Assembly: GCF_006345805.1 (NCBI RefSeq)
Contig: NC_043000.1
Span: forward strand, 81,716,001 to 81,780,000
Direction of reading: 5' to 3'
Source: Octopus sinensis
Taxonomy: Eukaryota
Length of the DNA: 64,000 nucleotides
Part shown: positions 1 through 13,960 of the stretch, one piece after another
Position numbering within the stretch: the first letter of the stretch is position 1
Layout of the letters: each line of letters opens with the position of its first letter
The notes under the pieces: model-generated
Seen by the model: only the letters and a program-made list of their open reading frames with translations
What the model was told of the DNA's origin: nothing
Database searches by the model: none
Made by a program: the position numbers and the translations under genes

Positions 1-393
1 TTTAGTAGATAGTGAAAGTATTAATAATGAAACTATTAAAACTGGAAGTATTATCTCACATTACGATAGAGATGTTATTGTTTCACTTTTGACGCATAAT
101 ACTGAAATAATGTAAGCGATAAGAGATTGCTCTGGGCTTGTATTTGGCAAGAAGTTGAATACTTTTTTTGGCCCATGACACTGCAAGGACCTCCTAAGTA
201 AAGTATGTGTAAAATTTGAATGAAACTTGTTGGGCAGTTCTCGAGTCTTAGTGATGCACAGAGTTTTATATATATATAGAAAGAAAAAAAGAGTTTATGT
301 TTGTTTTTTATGTTATAATAAATACAATCTTACATTAATCCAACTGGTTACTTTATATGTTTGTTTAGTACAAATTTATCAAGCTTAATCAAG

Positions 394-502
394 AATATTA
401 CTGATAGTGACTTCAAAGTTTTAGCCAGTTAATCCCTTATTGGACAGGCAGTCTGACAATGGCTTAACTGGCTGAAACTTTGAAGTCACTGTCAATAATA
501 TT
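394..502. repeat. Inverted repeat, 39-bp arms (36/39), 31-nt spacer
   Basis: 394-432 versus reverse complement of 464-502. Confidence 0.92.
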
Positions 503-537
503 TTAAAGAAAATAAATAAATAAATATACATACACAT

Positions 538-572
<35 letters not shown>

Positions 573-1169
573 CAGACACACATATGCATGCACCCAAGTA
601 AAAATACATACATATATATATATATATGGTGCCCCAACATTGCTATAGTCTAATGACTGAAACAAGTACAAGATAAAAAAATAAAAAGATACACACACAC
701 AATTATGTTACATCTCTCTCTGACAGCTGTATCATCTTTGAAGCTCCTGCTGCTTGCCTCCACCCACTTTTCTCCTGCATCCTTCTATTTATCTCAACTC
801 ATAGTTCCTTGTTCATTCACCCTACATACTTTGGCAGTCTGACTCTCCATCCCCTTATTTTGCTTCCCATACAATCTTACAGTCAACCCACCCATCTCTC
901 CTCATCTTGTACATTGTGGTATCACCTGGGCAACTTATCACTATTGTCTATCTCTTGCAGCTCCTACTGTTCATTTTGTCTTTCTCTCCCCCTAATAAAT
1001 GTGGGTACTCATGCAGATCCTTCTACTAGAACCTGCTCACCCCTTCTTATACTAATCTGCTTGTCTCATGGCCTCCCCTGAGCTTTTAGTTCTTCAAGCT
1101 GCATAGTGACCTCAATAGAGCAAGTAGAATGCAAAGAAGCCCCTAATGGATGCATCCTGCCATTTCCAA

Positions 1170-1630
1170 TGAAGGGAGATCTCAGGGTCACTAAGAACTA
1201 CAGAGGAATTACTCTCACTGCCATATCAGTCAAAGTTTACAATGCCATGCTACTCATTTGTATTTGACTAAAGATTGGAATGGCCTTAAGGAAAAACCAG
1301 AATTGCCTTTGAAGAAACATAACTTTCTACCAGATTCTGTCATTCCCAAGAGTTATTGAAGGAATTTAGGCAAAGAATCCAAAAGCAATCTTCCCTATTT
1401 AACTTTTCTATGGCCTTTGACTTGATACATAAAAAGAAAATAGGAAAACTACTTCTTGCATATGGTATCCCAAAGGAAACTGTCGATGCCATCATAATGT
1501 TGTATAAAAATACTCCATCTATAGTATGTTCTTCAGATGGCAACAACTGGCATCCTCCAAGGTGACACTTTGGCACTCTACATGTTCATTATATGTCTAG
1601 ATTATGTTCTACATACCTCTGTAGATGAGA
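1170..1630 (+). mobile_element. Degraded RT fragment of a second RTE-like lineage
   Basis: KGDL..TKNYRGITLT, NFSMAFDLIH, LLAYGIPKETVDAIIMLYKNT, TGILQGDTLALYMFIICLDYVL across frameshifts. Confidence 0.85.
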
Positions 1631-1631
1631 T

Positions 1632-1900
1632 ATAATAATAATAATAATAATAATTGTGTACAGTGCTCAGGTGCACTACAACTCATCTAAAGTGTATATA
1701 TAATCAGGTGAAGTTTCGGCGGATTTCGGAAAGCATGAGGGCCTTAAAAGATGCAGTGTCATGGCAAAGGATTCTTTCTTCAACCAGCCAAAAGCATACA
1801 TCATATGCACTCCAATTCCTTGTCACCAACAGTCTCCAAAAGTACGAGCTAAAGGTTTCAGGCATTTGTTTGCCTTTTTTTTATCTTTTATTTATTTGCG
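1632..1900 (-). mobile_element. Probable 3' end of an unassigned non-LTR element with (TAT)n tail
   Basis: Minus strand ends gtagtgcacctgagcactgtacacaattattattatt; no coding motif recognised. Confidence 0.35.
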
Positions 1901-2956
1901 GATCATCATGAAGCATGTTCTGAATTTATGACAAACCTTTATAATCCTTTATAAATTTCTTGTTTCAGCAGTTGCAGATAATCCACACAAGGAGGACCAA
2001 AATTATTTTTTGTCTAATCTTTTTTTGTTTTTTTTTGGTGCTGCCAATGGCAATGATAGTAGTAGTAGTAAAACAAGTAACAGCAGCAGCAAGGTGACTT
2101 CCTGAATTAATATAATTAAGATAATGTAATTTATGACTCTATACCTTACCATATTTTCTTGAACCTCTTATCAAAAGACTTTAGTTAAGATATACGATAA
2201 CCCAAACCTGCAGCTTAACTTAGCAATAGTTCAGCTAAAGAGTGATTACAGCACTGGAACACAGACACACATCAACATACATATACATACACAAACATTT
2301 AAAATGCCTCCTTTCAAAATGATTATGCAATTTTCATATTTCTTTCTAAAAGAAAAGTGTTCCGTAGCATGCAAAATTCACTGGGATTCACTAATTAAAG
2401 TTCTTTAAAATGTTCTCAGATAAGAAAGTTCTTAATTTTAAATTTATTGATATTTTTAATCTGAAATACAGTAGAGACTGGAGATGGTTATATATGAAAC
2501 AAGGAAATTAAAACAAACACTTCAGTAGTGTACCAAACACAAATGCATAGAGCATAGCATGCCTTTTCCCCAAAGTTTGTCAGATAGTATAGTCAAGCAC
2601 TGGTGTGTACTGAATTTTGTTAGCTGTCTGTATGTCATCATCATCATCGTTTAACGTCCATGTGTATTTATTTATATATATATATATATATCGAGAGAGA
2701 GAGAAAGGCATGAGTGTGTATGATTGAGTATAGAAGAATATATTACTCAAAGAAATTCCAACTTTGATTTTCACGTTTTATTTACAATCGTATAATAATA
2801 ATATACAATGAAATGATAGAATATTAAATGTCCATTCTGACTGAACTAGTACTTTCATGCATTAAACTATGCAATCTTCAAGTTCATGTAGTAGTTGTGA
2901 CAGTTATGTTTTACAATTTACAACTGCAAATATATATACATATATATACACACACA

Positions 2957-3174
2957 CATTGGGTGCTAAAAGATTCCTGGCTTTAAGGGTATCGCAAAAG
3001 GCCCAGTTGGAGGCCCAACCTTCTGGGTTTTATTACAGGCCTTAGAAAAACTGAAAGACTGCCGCAATAAGTGTATTTATCTGAGAAAGGAAATATGTTG
3101 AATAAAATCAAAATTAACTGATCCTCCTGTATTTTCTTTTACCCAAAACCAAGAACTTTTCACCACCCCCTCAT
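2957..3174 (+). mobile_element. Mariner-derived non-autonomous element (both TIRs plus transposase C-terminus)
   Basis: Left gggtgctaaaagattcctggcttt matches the reverse complement of right aaaaccaagaacttttcaccacccc; internal FLLQALEKLKDCRNKCIYLR..YVE* resembles mariner C-terminal KCI..GEYVE. Confidence 0.75.
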
Positions 3175-3384
3175 TGCACAACCACTCTCTCTTCCTACCT
3201 TGGGTCTCAACTGTTGATGGAGTTGTAGGAATGGCAAACCTAGCATAGTCATTCTCACTCTAGGTATCACTACTGCTGATTTCTTCTAGACAAAAAGCAA
3301 GTGAAGAATTGACTTCTGTACTAGATCGATACTGTATTGCTCCAACACAAAAAAAAAAAAAACTGAATGAAAGGCAATGCTGAC

Positions 3385-3476
3385 CTTAACAGAATCTGAA
3401 CTCAGAGCACTGACTGACAAAGCATCTTTTAACTCTCCCTTGTAGGTCGGCATGGGTTGAACAGTTTCTACTGGGT
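3385..3476 (-). CDS. Candidate internal exon (Y)PVETVQPMPTYKGELKDALSVSALSSDSVK
   Basis: Donor AAG|GTCAGC; acceptor gcagttctCAG| gives phase 1/0, matching the 61-nt exon. The polypyrimidine tract is weak, so the 5' boundary is uncertain (frame stays open upstream). Confidence 0.5.
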
Positions 3477-3894
3477 CTGAGAACTGCATCACACTCCAGT
3501 ATCCGCTTTTGTTACCACTCAAAATATGTGTGTGTATGACCAATTTGATTGTATACATACTTATATATATCAATTTTAGATACGTTCTTTTTTTAAACTT
3601 TAGTTGCTTTTCATTTCCTCACCTGCTATCATTTTTATTATAATGAATCAAACCTTGTTTCACTCCTCAAATTACCTGCTTTTCCAAGAAAGAATTTACG
3701 TACCTGAATTTTGCTGTAGTCTGCTCACCACCATTTCATTATCATGCTAGATTTGACTGGGATTATATAGCCAATCAGCCATATGTTTAGTTGAACCCAT
3801 TAGGAAATTCAGAATAATTCAATGGGATTTATTCTCAATCAAGTGAAGTGCACACACCAATAAGACAGATGATACAGATATTTTTTGTGTATAC

Positions 3895-3927
<33 letters not shown>

Positions 3928-5029
3928 TGACAAACACATAACATACTCAACAACACAGTGGTGTATTTAGTACTCTCATGTTTTTGTAGCAGAAAATAGA
4001 CAAGAACATTTTATATTCATATGTATGATTGTGTGTGTGCTTTATTTACCACTGTCTGAAATATATTGTTTACAGTAATAGATGTATATGAAACAAGTGG
4101 AAACAACTGAGATATCTTCCCCGCTCACCAATTTTGGAAATGTTCTATTTAAATTCAGCTTTTCCATTTTAGAGTTTACATACACACACACACCATAGAT
4201 ACAGTTTTTACAGACAGTGAATCTCAAAACAAATAAAGCTTTAAGTAACAGCATGTAAATATGAGGTTGAAAAGTATCTTTTAATAGACAAACACTACCC
4301 GTCAACAACATAATTATTTGCATATGTGTGTATGCGAGTATATATAAATATCAATGTTTGCACATTTCCAACTTTTCCCTTGCTGGATAGAGGTCAGATG
4401 GAATTCATTGAAATTAAGTTTCTATGAGTGGCCTCTGTTGCCCACCTTCATCTGTTTTCAAGTAAGGTAATATTTTGTCATGATCAGACATGTTTATATG
4501 GAAGACTGGAAATGAATGACACTGCTTATATGATGGAGATGCACATTTACAACCATCATGCAATGTCAAGATGAGGCACAAACTGAAATACATGTATTTC
4601 TCTCTCTCTTCCCATATACACACACAGCAATACAACAGGCTATCTGTTTCTGACTATTAAATCCACTCATGATTTAGTAGAAGACACTTGCATGAAGAGC
4701 CAAGCAGTGGGATTGAACAGAAACCACATGTTTGGTAAGCAAACTTCATAATCACACAGCTACGTTTGCACCTAACATGCATGTCTGTATAAGCTTAAAC
4801 ATATATGTGAGTGTGTACATACATGTAAGTATATATACGCGCATGCTTATATGCTTACATACACAAAGAGATAAATAGATTATGACTTTATATATGTGTG
4901 TTTGAGTGACTTTCTGTATATATAAGCATACAGATACATATAAAGAAATTTTATGGTTTCATGTACATGCATGCTCTCACATACACACTAGAGGTGAAAA
5001 ATATCAGTAGAGTATTACATCTGGCATTA

Positions 5030-5480
5030 CCATACAATGTTTGGTTGTTCAGCTCACAAGAACAGACATCTGTGAGAAGTGAACTACACTAAATATACCC
5101 AACAGACACATTACAAATCTTTGGGCTAAATATTTGGATAGGTTAGATGCAGCTAAACAATATTCCCGAAGGCATACATGGAAAATTCTCTCAGCCAAAC
5201 ATTTCAGTGAGTATTTAGTTCTACTTTAAAAGCCTCTGCAATGTCTAAGCTTAAGAATTAGATGCTTTCACCAGAGACCCAAGAAGGCTTAATATGGCTT
5301 CTTCCTTTTTAATAAGAAGCCAGGTGTAGTTTGCAAAGACATTATCAAATACCAAAGAATGCACATTGGGAAAATATATCCATTGCTATGTTGCAAGAGA
5401 TGAAGGACAGAGGAATAAATAGGTGTGACATTCTGTGTCTCATCCACGGACTGAAACTCAGTCATCACAAATGTGCTGTG
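5030..5480 (-). mobile_element. Possible ancient CR1/jockey-like RT remnant
   Basis: LDIAEAF resembles the LDISKAFD motif, with plausibly spaced decayed flanks; very degraded. Confidence 0.3.
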
Positions 5481-5710
5481 CCAAAAAGGAATAATGACTG
5501 AAACTACTAAAAGAGTAGAATGTTCTCTTTACTTAATAAAACAAATAGGTTAACTGAATTCTATTCAGTTCTCTCTTTAAATGATACACAACAGAAATAT
5601 GTACATCCAACCATTCTAATTTTCTTTCTTATACATTTATTTTCTCATGTGACATTTATCTGTGTATGGTGCCTGTATATAGACACACACACACATGGCA
5701 CAGTTTTTAA

Positions 5711-5927
5711 CCCTTTAGCATTTAAACTGGCCTTATCCTGTCCGAATATTCAACTTATTTTATGTTCAAACCAGTCAGATCCAGCCTTTCACTCATACCC
5801 TACAATATCATTCTAAAAATAAACAATCACATCATCAAAATCTGAAGTTACAAGATAATGAATGATTAATTCAAACACTGACTATATAAGGATCAGATTT
5901 TGACGGAGTAATCTGAATGCTAAAGGG
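5711..5927. mobile_element. piggyBac-type MITE
   Basis: TTAA|CCCTTTAGCATT...AATGCTAAAGGG|TTAA: perfect 12-bp TIR and TTAA duplication. Confidence 0.85.
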
Positions 5928-7334
5928 TTAAAACTATATTCATTGAAAGCATAACAGCTTCAAGATGTATTCATAGAAAGACACATCAGTCAAAATAGAA
6001 ATCAATCAAAAAAGTATTAGACACAAATAGAAAATATCAAAAGTTATTTGTTGAAATATATTCACATACTGCGTTTTAACACTGAGTTCTTTATTTAGGG
6101 GATACCATCATCACCAAACCTGACCACTTCCTCTCTATCACTGTATCAATATATATAACTATATTTCCAATTGTGTCTGTACACAGATTTCACACAGACA
6201 CACATAAGGTACAGGCATGGCTGTGTGGTTAAGAAGTAAACTTCTTAATTATGCGGTTTCAGGATCAGTCATACTGCACAGTACCTTAAGCATTTTCTCC
6301 CATAGCTTGGGGCTTCTATCTTGCGAGCGAATTTAATAGCTGGAAACTGCAGGAATTCTGTTGTGTGTGTGTTGTATGTGTGTATGATATGAGAGAGAGA
6401 GACAGAGAGAGAGCGAGAGAGAGATGCCTGCGGGTGGGAAGGCATGAAGAGAATGTATCAATGTTGATATTCCATGTTTGCCACTAGTCGAGAAAAGTGG
6501 TCGCAATGTTGACATTCCTTGTTGACATTATGACTGGTCCTTCTGTACTTTCAAAGATCTGTGGAATAAAAAAAATCCCTTACTTGAAAACAGGAAAGGT
6601 TTGGCAACAGGAAGAGCATCCAGCCTTAAAATCTTGCCTCAAATGATGGTGGCATTGAAAAAACACGTGTGGAGCAAATGAATGTATGCACATACACACA
6701 TACACACATACATATATATATATATATAGTCTGTGTGTGTGTGCATGTGTTTATGTAAGTATACTCTCTATCTTATAAGTAGTGGCTATCTCATCATGTC
6801 TTTTGTAAGTGTAATAAACTGAACATTTTATATTTGTGAGTTATGTCCCTTCGCATTCTGGCTTAAAATCCGCCCCCAACTAGATTGTTGTTTTGGTGCC
6901 TTCAGTAATTTAGTCAATTCTCTTCATATTCTAAGTTCAAATAGCAGCAAAGTTGACATTAACTTTCATCCTATAATGGAGAGGAACATAAATAATATTG
7001 TCATTGCAAAAATTTTTGACTTGTGCTTATTTTAAAAATCTCTTAACAGGGCATCAGAGAAAATATTTTGCAGTTCTTCCATCTCTTTATGTTCTGAGGT
7101 CAAATCCTGCTAAAATCAACTATGCCTGGTAGGGAGCGAGGTCGATAAAATAGAGTACCAATTAAGTACTGAGGTTGATATAATCTGCTAAGTCTCCTCC
7201 TTTCAAATTTCTCACCTATATCCATATTAGAAACATTCAACAACTGGGGTTGAATGTATCAACTGTTCTCTCTTTCTACACTAAAGTCACGCTGCTAAGT
7301 TAGAAATCATGCAGGCCTTGCACAGCAAATTTAT

Positions 7335-7560
7335 AATAATAATATCATCATCATTCACTCAGCATTTGATTTTGTTTCTTCCGCAATTGGATCACTAGAA
7401 ATCAAGCTGCATAGCACAACTTTAAGTATCTAGCACTTTTCTTATGGTTCTTGCTGTGCCAAGCAAACAGGCCTTCTGTAGCACCAAGAAATTGTTTTAT
7501 AATCATCAATGTATATGCTAAAATTGAAACTATTCCTATATGTTCAAATTTAATAATGAG
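7335..7560 (-). mobile_element. Second R4/Dong-like extreme 3' fragment
   Basis: LQKACLLGTARTIRKVLDT* at 7481-7422, then a short UTR ending in a (ATT)-like tract. Confidence 0.75.
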
Positions 7561-7974
7561 GCTGATAATCTTATTGACTAGAACTATAACCTCCTCTAAA
7601 ATTTGTGATCTGGTGCCATAACATAAATATTGAAATAATCATTAACACCAACAGTTGTTGGGAAGAATTTCTCATCATTTAACCTCAGATTGTAACTTGA
7701 CAGTTATAACATCCCTGATAAGGAAAGGGCTGTACTTGCCCGTGTGATCCCTAAAGCTCTAGTTCCAGTAATCAAACAACAGTCGACTTTATCATGCAGT
7801 TTAATACAGTGTCTTTTCATATGCCACAGTTATATTTTTTTCCTTTAATTGTATAATGACAGGTAGTAATGTGATAAGGCCCACAGCTCTGCAAGACCAA
7901 GTTTCAAACAAGCAGCACTCCTGAAATCATACTCAGTTGACATGGAAACAGAAAGACAACAACAAAGTACTTAC

Positions 7975-8035
7975 AAGTTATTTGTGATTTTGAATGATCA
8001 TCGTTTTCTAATTCTTTACTTGAATCATAATCAGT
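7975..8035 (-). CDS. Small internal exon TDYDSSKELENDDHSKSQIT
   Basis: Pyrimidine-rich acceptor tttatcttgCAG| and consensus donor T|GTAAGT; 61 nt, phase 0/1; in frame with the preceding exon. Confidence 0.7.
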
Positions 8036-10411
8036 CTGCAAGATAAACAGGGAAACAATAAAAATACAGTTCAAGTGTGCATACATATTTATGCACACAC
8101 ACACATATATATATATAAATGCATATATACATACATAATATATTCATATATAGCAAACAAAATTTAAAGTTTTAGATTAATGCTTAAAGAAAAATCAAAG
8201 TTTGAAGTTTCAAACTTTACATTTTTATAAGATTATAAAGGACTTTCAACCTTATCTAAAACTGGGTTGCTTTTTCTTTGGATTGCCCCAAGAATTTCCA
8301 AAGATTCAGTTCAATCACTGTTAACCTTCATACTTGTTTCAATCATATGATGGTTTTTGGAATACAACTTACCAAAATAATTTGACCAACTGAATATTAT
8401 ATCATTATCCATTGATATTATAAGTACCATATTAAATTACATATATGTAGGGATCACAAATAAAGTACATAAAGTACATGGTTTGACTCTGAATGGCTGA
8501 CAGCATGTTTTTCATTGCAACCCACATAAAATTACTGCTCATTTAAATAGTACACTGCTGCTACACTCACACACAAATACTAGGCCCCAGACTCCAACTC
8601 ACCATCTCAAAAAAGACAAGAGATTTACATACCAATATGCTTATTCAATGGATATGTTATTCCTTCTCAATAGCTCTTCTACTGAGACTACAGTATCCTT
8701 TACACCTGTGTGTACCAATCTCTGCTCAGGGCTTACCAGAGGCACCCACACTACCACTTGTTGTCCGTATTGTGTCTCACTTTACCCTCACCCACACTCA
8801 CTTCAAACTCTTGTAGTGAACATTTATCCCCTAAAATTATAGCACCATAAAACTTTCACCCACCTGAATTTGATAACAATTCTATATACACTATTTGAAG
8901 AGGAATAATAAGAGAGAGAAATGGAAAATGCGAAATAGTTAAACAAGATAGGAGAAAGTCAATGAAATATGGGTAGGATAAAGGGGTGAGTCGTAATTTT
9001 AATAAGCTCCATAAAGATACAAACCACTGAAAATATAGTGGGAACATTTTAGTAGAAAACAAAAATACAAAAGAAAAAATGGAAAAAGAATAAAAATAAA
9101 AGTCTATTAGTCAGGAAAACGATTTCTTGTTTCAGATAGGAAATAGTTTTTTTATTATCTCCCTTGTCATTTCCATTTCCATGAATGTCAGTGTTACAAA
9201 ATTTTGGGCAAGTCATAACAAAAAATACATAATAATATACTACAAAATCTGACTCAAACTACTAAGCTTTCACCAATAGACGATTTTATGCCAGGTCACA
9301 AATAATATTTTCTCACTTAAATTATTAATGTATTTTATTTGTTACATTTCATGTCCTGAACTACATGCCATCAGGACCCATGAGTTTTACAGACTGGTGA
9401 AACAGATATAGATCCTGTTTAATAGAAAAATACTGCAGAAAGAATTCCTGAGGAATTACAATTCCAAGTGGAAGAACTGGCTTGAAATGTTCAGTGTGGG
9501 ATCTGAAATGGGAAACACAGTATGGTACCAGGCCAGCTATTTCAATGCACATCTGTCTACAAACACTGTTCCCTCTCTCTCTTTCGGAGAGGCACTGAGC
9601 AGCTATACGCACACATACACACACGGCAGTAACTTCCACCTACCGAATTCAATTACAAAGCTCCGGTCGGCTCGAGGCTATAGTGGAAGACACCTACCCA
9701 AAGTGCCACGCAGTGGGACTGAACCCGAAATGCAGACTGCAATTACTGCTATACAGTGGCAGATAGAGTGTGAAAAGTACTTACAATGCTTTAGTTGTGT
9801 GTCCACAGGAAAGTTAAAAGCAGTGATGGGCTTCAAGACAGCATAGAATGTGGCCCAGGTGTTGTTATAGAAGAGCCAGTGATCTGGAAGAGTGAGTGAG
9901 TGTGTGTGTGTGCGTGTGAGTGTATGTACGTATGTGTGTCAAGATCAACAGCTGGAGAATGTGTTTACCCATACAGTACTGTAGAATCATTCTGGAGTGA
10001 GTTATTGTTGATGTTTAACACAGCTTGAGTCAGCTCAGATTCAGTAAACCTATGACCAAAGACCTAATTGTGACTGTCCTATCATTTTCAGACATGATAT
10101 ATCTATGATTACATTATTCATTATACCCACTTTTTAAGATGGTAATTTAAAGGGGATTTGGCTACTCCTAGCTGTTACATTTTTAATAGTTACAGAAATA
10201 AGGCTCAAAGGGACACAAAGTTTAGGGGAGATGTGTAGTTGGTAAGATTAACTCCATTATGGGACTGGTCCTTATTTTATCAATTCTAAGGGGTAAAATG
10301 GCAAAGTTGATGCCAAATATACTTGAACATAAGGAAGTGCAACTCTAAATACTGCAAAACATGTTGTCCAATGCTCCACCACATTTTTTCCTGTAATTAC
10401 TTAATATTGTT

Positions 10412-10466
10412 TTGTCCAACCCATGCTAGCATGGAAAGCGGACGTTAAATGATGATGATGATGATG
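10412..10466 (+). mobile_element. Minimal RTE 3' tail
   Basis: tgtccaacccatgctagcatggaaagcggacgttaaatgatgatgatg matches the terminal ~50 nt of the young copy. A shorter minus-strand tail lies at ~2633-2662. Confidence 0.85.
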
Positions 10467-11347
10467 TTTCCCCACTCTCACCTCAATCAAACATATAGTG
10501 ATTTGTAGTGTGACAGTAACCTGCTAAGTCACAATCTGAAAGACTATTTCATTATCTGCTCCAAAAACACACATATACCAAGCCTCACCCCTCCCTATCT
10601 CTCCTCCTCCTTATTAAATCTCATTAGCAGGTCATAATGGCAAGATATTCTGAATGAGTCAACAAAGTAGCTTCTACACAGTCACTCAGTCTGCTAGAAG
10701 TAACAGTAAAAAAAAATCAACCTTATAACCTTTCAGCTTAAGAAAAAAAAAAATAAAGGACACATTCCACAATGAAATCAGCATACATAAGGATGGTCAT
10801 GGTTGGTGTGCTTTTGATCCTAAGTCAGTTGGATTAGAACTGATATGGGTTTAAACAAAATACTCTGATGTCATCCCAGTTTTTAATGTATTTACCACCA
10901 ACTTGTTTCAATTCTTTAATATAATTTCTATTTGAATATTGCTCCCTTTACTCCTCCTGTTCTTTAGATGAGGTGTGGCTGAGGAAGGTAGTCTCCAAAC
11001 TGTCAAGGACCTGTGTCACTAGATAAGCAAACCAACAGGAAGTTACTTCCATAAATATACACCAGACACACACTTGCCTGTCTCTCCAGCCACCAACATA
11101 ATGCCATCCTGTCTATCTCTCCATTGATTCTCTTGTTACTTCGTACACTGTGAATGACACAACCACCACACTCACTATTACTATCACTATTGCATCACCA
11201 CCACTACAACAATGACTATTACCACTACCACCACAACTATAACAATTCTCTAGAAAGAAGAATGTAAAACAATAAGGAAAAATACCATCAACATTGCTAC
11301 AAGTGTATGGAAAGCCTACAGAAGTAATTGCCTTCTATACGGCAGCT

Positions 11348-11522
11348 TCATCTGTTAGAAATAGCAGCCAAATCTCACTCAAATAATATCCTACTACCTT
11401 GTAAAAAAAGGAAGAAAGCAGTAAATGTAGTCTAGTCCTAGACATACTAACTCTGATTAAAAGGTGAGTTGGCCTTTGATCATAAGTCTGCTAGATCATG
11501 GCTGACTAGAGGCTAAACAAAA
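11348..11522 (+). mobile_element. Interspersed family D (ctgctagaaatagcagccaaatct...ggctaaacaa); also ~10683, 13140, 14160, 25862, 30836, 49955, 53440
   Basis: Recurrent ~180-bp sequence ending gatcataggtctgct..gctgacctggggctaaacaac; class not determined. Confidence 0.65.
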
Positions 11523-12762
11523 GGGAAAATACTAGCTGTGAACCTTTATGTAGTTGAGCAACCTGCAAGACATAACCGTTAAATCTCCCTCACATAATGC
11601 ACTATTATGTTTTAAACAAAAAAGGACGCAGATTATATAGTCTTAAATCATTGTCTGGGGAAAAAAGACTGGATGGTTACAACTAGAATACTTTCAAACA
11701 TAGATTCACTTAGTAACATTTGTATTGTCTTTATTTTCAAATGATTTACTAAGAGAAGGAAGGTCAAGGTGGAAGGTATAGTTGTATCGCTTCCCTCCCC
11801 ACTTCTTTGTATATTAATGTTACAACTTATTGAACTTGAAAGAATAAAAGGCAAGGATAACTCCAACAAGATTTGAAATCAGTTCTGTAATGTAACAATG
11901 TCAGTAACCAACTCAAGACATTTAATTACAGTTTTACCATTTCTGCCATTCTTGTAGTAATGAGGATTTTGACAAGGATTTCTATCATAAGCACAAGGGC
12001 AAGACCTCCCTCCAATGCTCCACCTCCTTGTATGGTAGCTCTTATTCTTTTACCCACCTCAGATTGTGTAGATGAGGGTGGAGAGCAGGGAAGGTTTTAA
12101 TTCAGAATAGAAAGGTGGACAGGAGCAGGCCAACTTAATTGTAATAAAATACTAGGGTGTTCAGTGGAGCACTACCTTATTTCTATGAAAATACCCTAAC
12201 ACAACCACCCAACTTTTATACTATTTTGTTTTTCTGTCTTTTGATGAATCACTCACCATACCCCTCAACTACCATCACTACTAACATCACTTTCACTCCT
12301 ACAATCCAATCCCCCTTCCTTTGCATACTTAGTCACCTCAGCCACTTGTGACCCACCCAATATCCCACAGAAAACCTAAAACAGCAGAATCTAGAGTCCT
12401 TACACTATAGGAAGAGGTAGGGCTCAGTGATGGAGTATGCAGGGGGTGGTCTGGTGCGAGATAAGGGGAGAGGAGGGGTGGGGTGTGTTTGAGATGAGGT
12501 GGGATTAGATGTAAAGTAGAAAGTTGGTCAGATGCAAGTCTATAATCTGAGAGAGTGTGAGAGAGATATGCAGTGTCAATGTCTATGCACAAGCTGCTGA
12601 GCTGCTGGCTAATTTATAAATTTGATTCATCCCTTTAGCTTGAAATGATTATTACTTTTGCCTGTGATTCCACTCAAGTGGACAAAATTAAGCATAAATC
12701 AAGTTTAGGGGTCAGTAAATCAACTAAGCTCAAGAAACAATTATATTATTATTACTATTGTT

Positions 12763-12980
12763 AAGGCGGCAAGCTGGCAGAAGCATTAGCATGCCAGAAA
12801 AAATGCTTAGCAGCATTTCATTTGTCTATATTCCGAGTTCAAATACCACTGAGGTTGACTTTGTCTTTTGCCTTTTCAGGGTCGATAAAATACATACCAG
12901 TTGAGCACTGGGGTTGATATCATCAATTATCTCCTCCCCTGAAATTACTGGTCTTGTGCCAAAATTTCAAATCATTATTA
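12763..12980 (+). mobile_element. SINE family A (aaggcggcgagctggcagaa head, central gactttgcctttcatcc..gtcgataaaata.gtaccag domain, (ATT)n tail)
   Basis: Same ~215-bp sequence recurs at 33720, 47221, 53690, 54245, 54482 and inverted at 32580, 51720. Central domain resembles the Meta-type SINE core (from memory, unverified). Confidence 0.85.
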
Positions 12981-13929
12981 CAACTGTTGTTGAAGTCTGC
13001 TTTATAGGTGGAAGAGAAGAAAAATATAGCAAAGTTGAAAGTTGTGGACAGTTACATTTCCACACCAATAAAGTGTGACTAAAAAGGCTAACAAAACAGT
13101 TTCAACCATTGAGCCAGTGATAGAACCTCTACATGGTCACGAAGTTGGCTAGAGATAGCAGCCAAATCTCCTTCATGTGCCATACTACTGCCTTAAAAAA
13201 AATCAATAACATACACTACATTTGATAAAAAAGAGGATGGTTTTGACTGGAACATAATCATAGGTCTGCAGAATCAGAGCTGACCTGCAGCTACATACAA
13301 ATAACCAAAAATAACCACAAACCGTTATAATATAGTCTAGGCACTGTCTTAGGCTCAACACTCAATGATGGTCAAATGACTAATACCACCATTACTTGGT
13401 CCTTGCTTGCCCTTAGCTGGGTTCACTCTGCATCAAGCATTCACTGCCCACATAGCTTATGTTTCACTGCTGGTCATAGATATTTCTCCTTTTCTCTTGA
13501 CAAACTTACCACAAAAAATAAATGATTTTATTTTAAATTCCTTACTATTAAACAAGGGAGAACAAACCACTGAGGATGCCAATGGTCACTGACACAGTCA
13601 CCAACAGGTGGACAGTTTATTTGTGTAAACTGTTACATCACAATCCCTTGTGAAGTTGTAATGCAAATTTCTAAATCACACAGCCATACCAGCACACACA
13701 TACATATGTGTGTGTGTGTGGGGGGGGGGGTTATTAGTAGTATTACCTAGTACATTTACAATTAAACACAAAAAAAACACTTAATGTGGTTAGGTAGTGA
13801 AGTAATATTTATTCAGAGCTGAGTCTCAACAGCCCCAACTGGTGTATATATAAACAAGCTTCAAGTATCTTCTAAACAGTTGCCTGAGGAGAGGGAATGT
13901 GAAATTCTGTAGTGAACACACACACACAC

Positions 13930-13960
<31 letters not shown>

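Noticed and set aside
130-280. Helitron/DINE-like terminal sequence
   Set aside because: Only a vague resemblance; the other end and diagnostic subterminal repeats were not identifiable.
5350-5506. Possible extra exon (LVSVIIPFWHSTFVMTEF...)
   Set aside because: Needs a non-canonical-context partner acceptor; the region is better explained as a decayed LINE RT remnant, and the exon chain is in phase without it.
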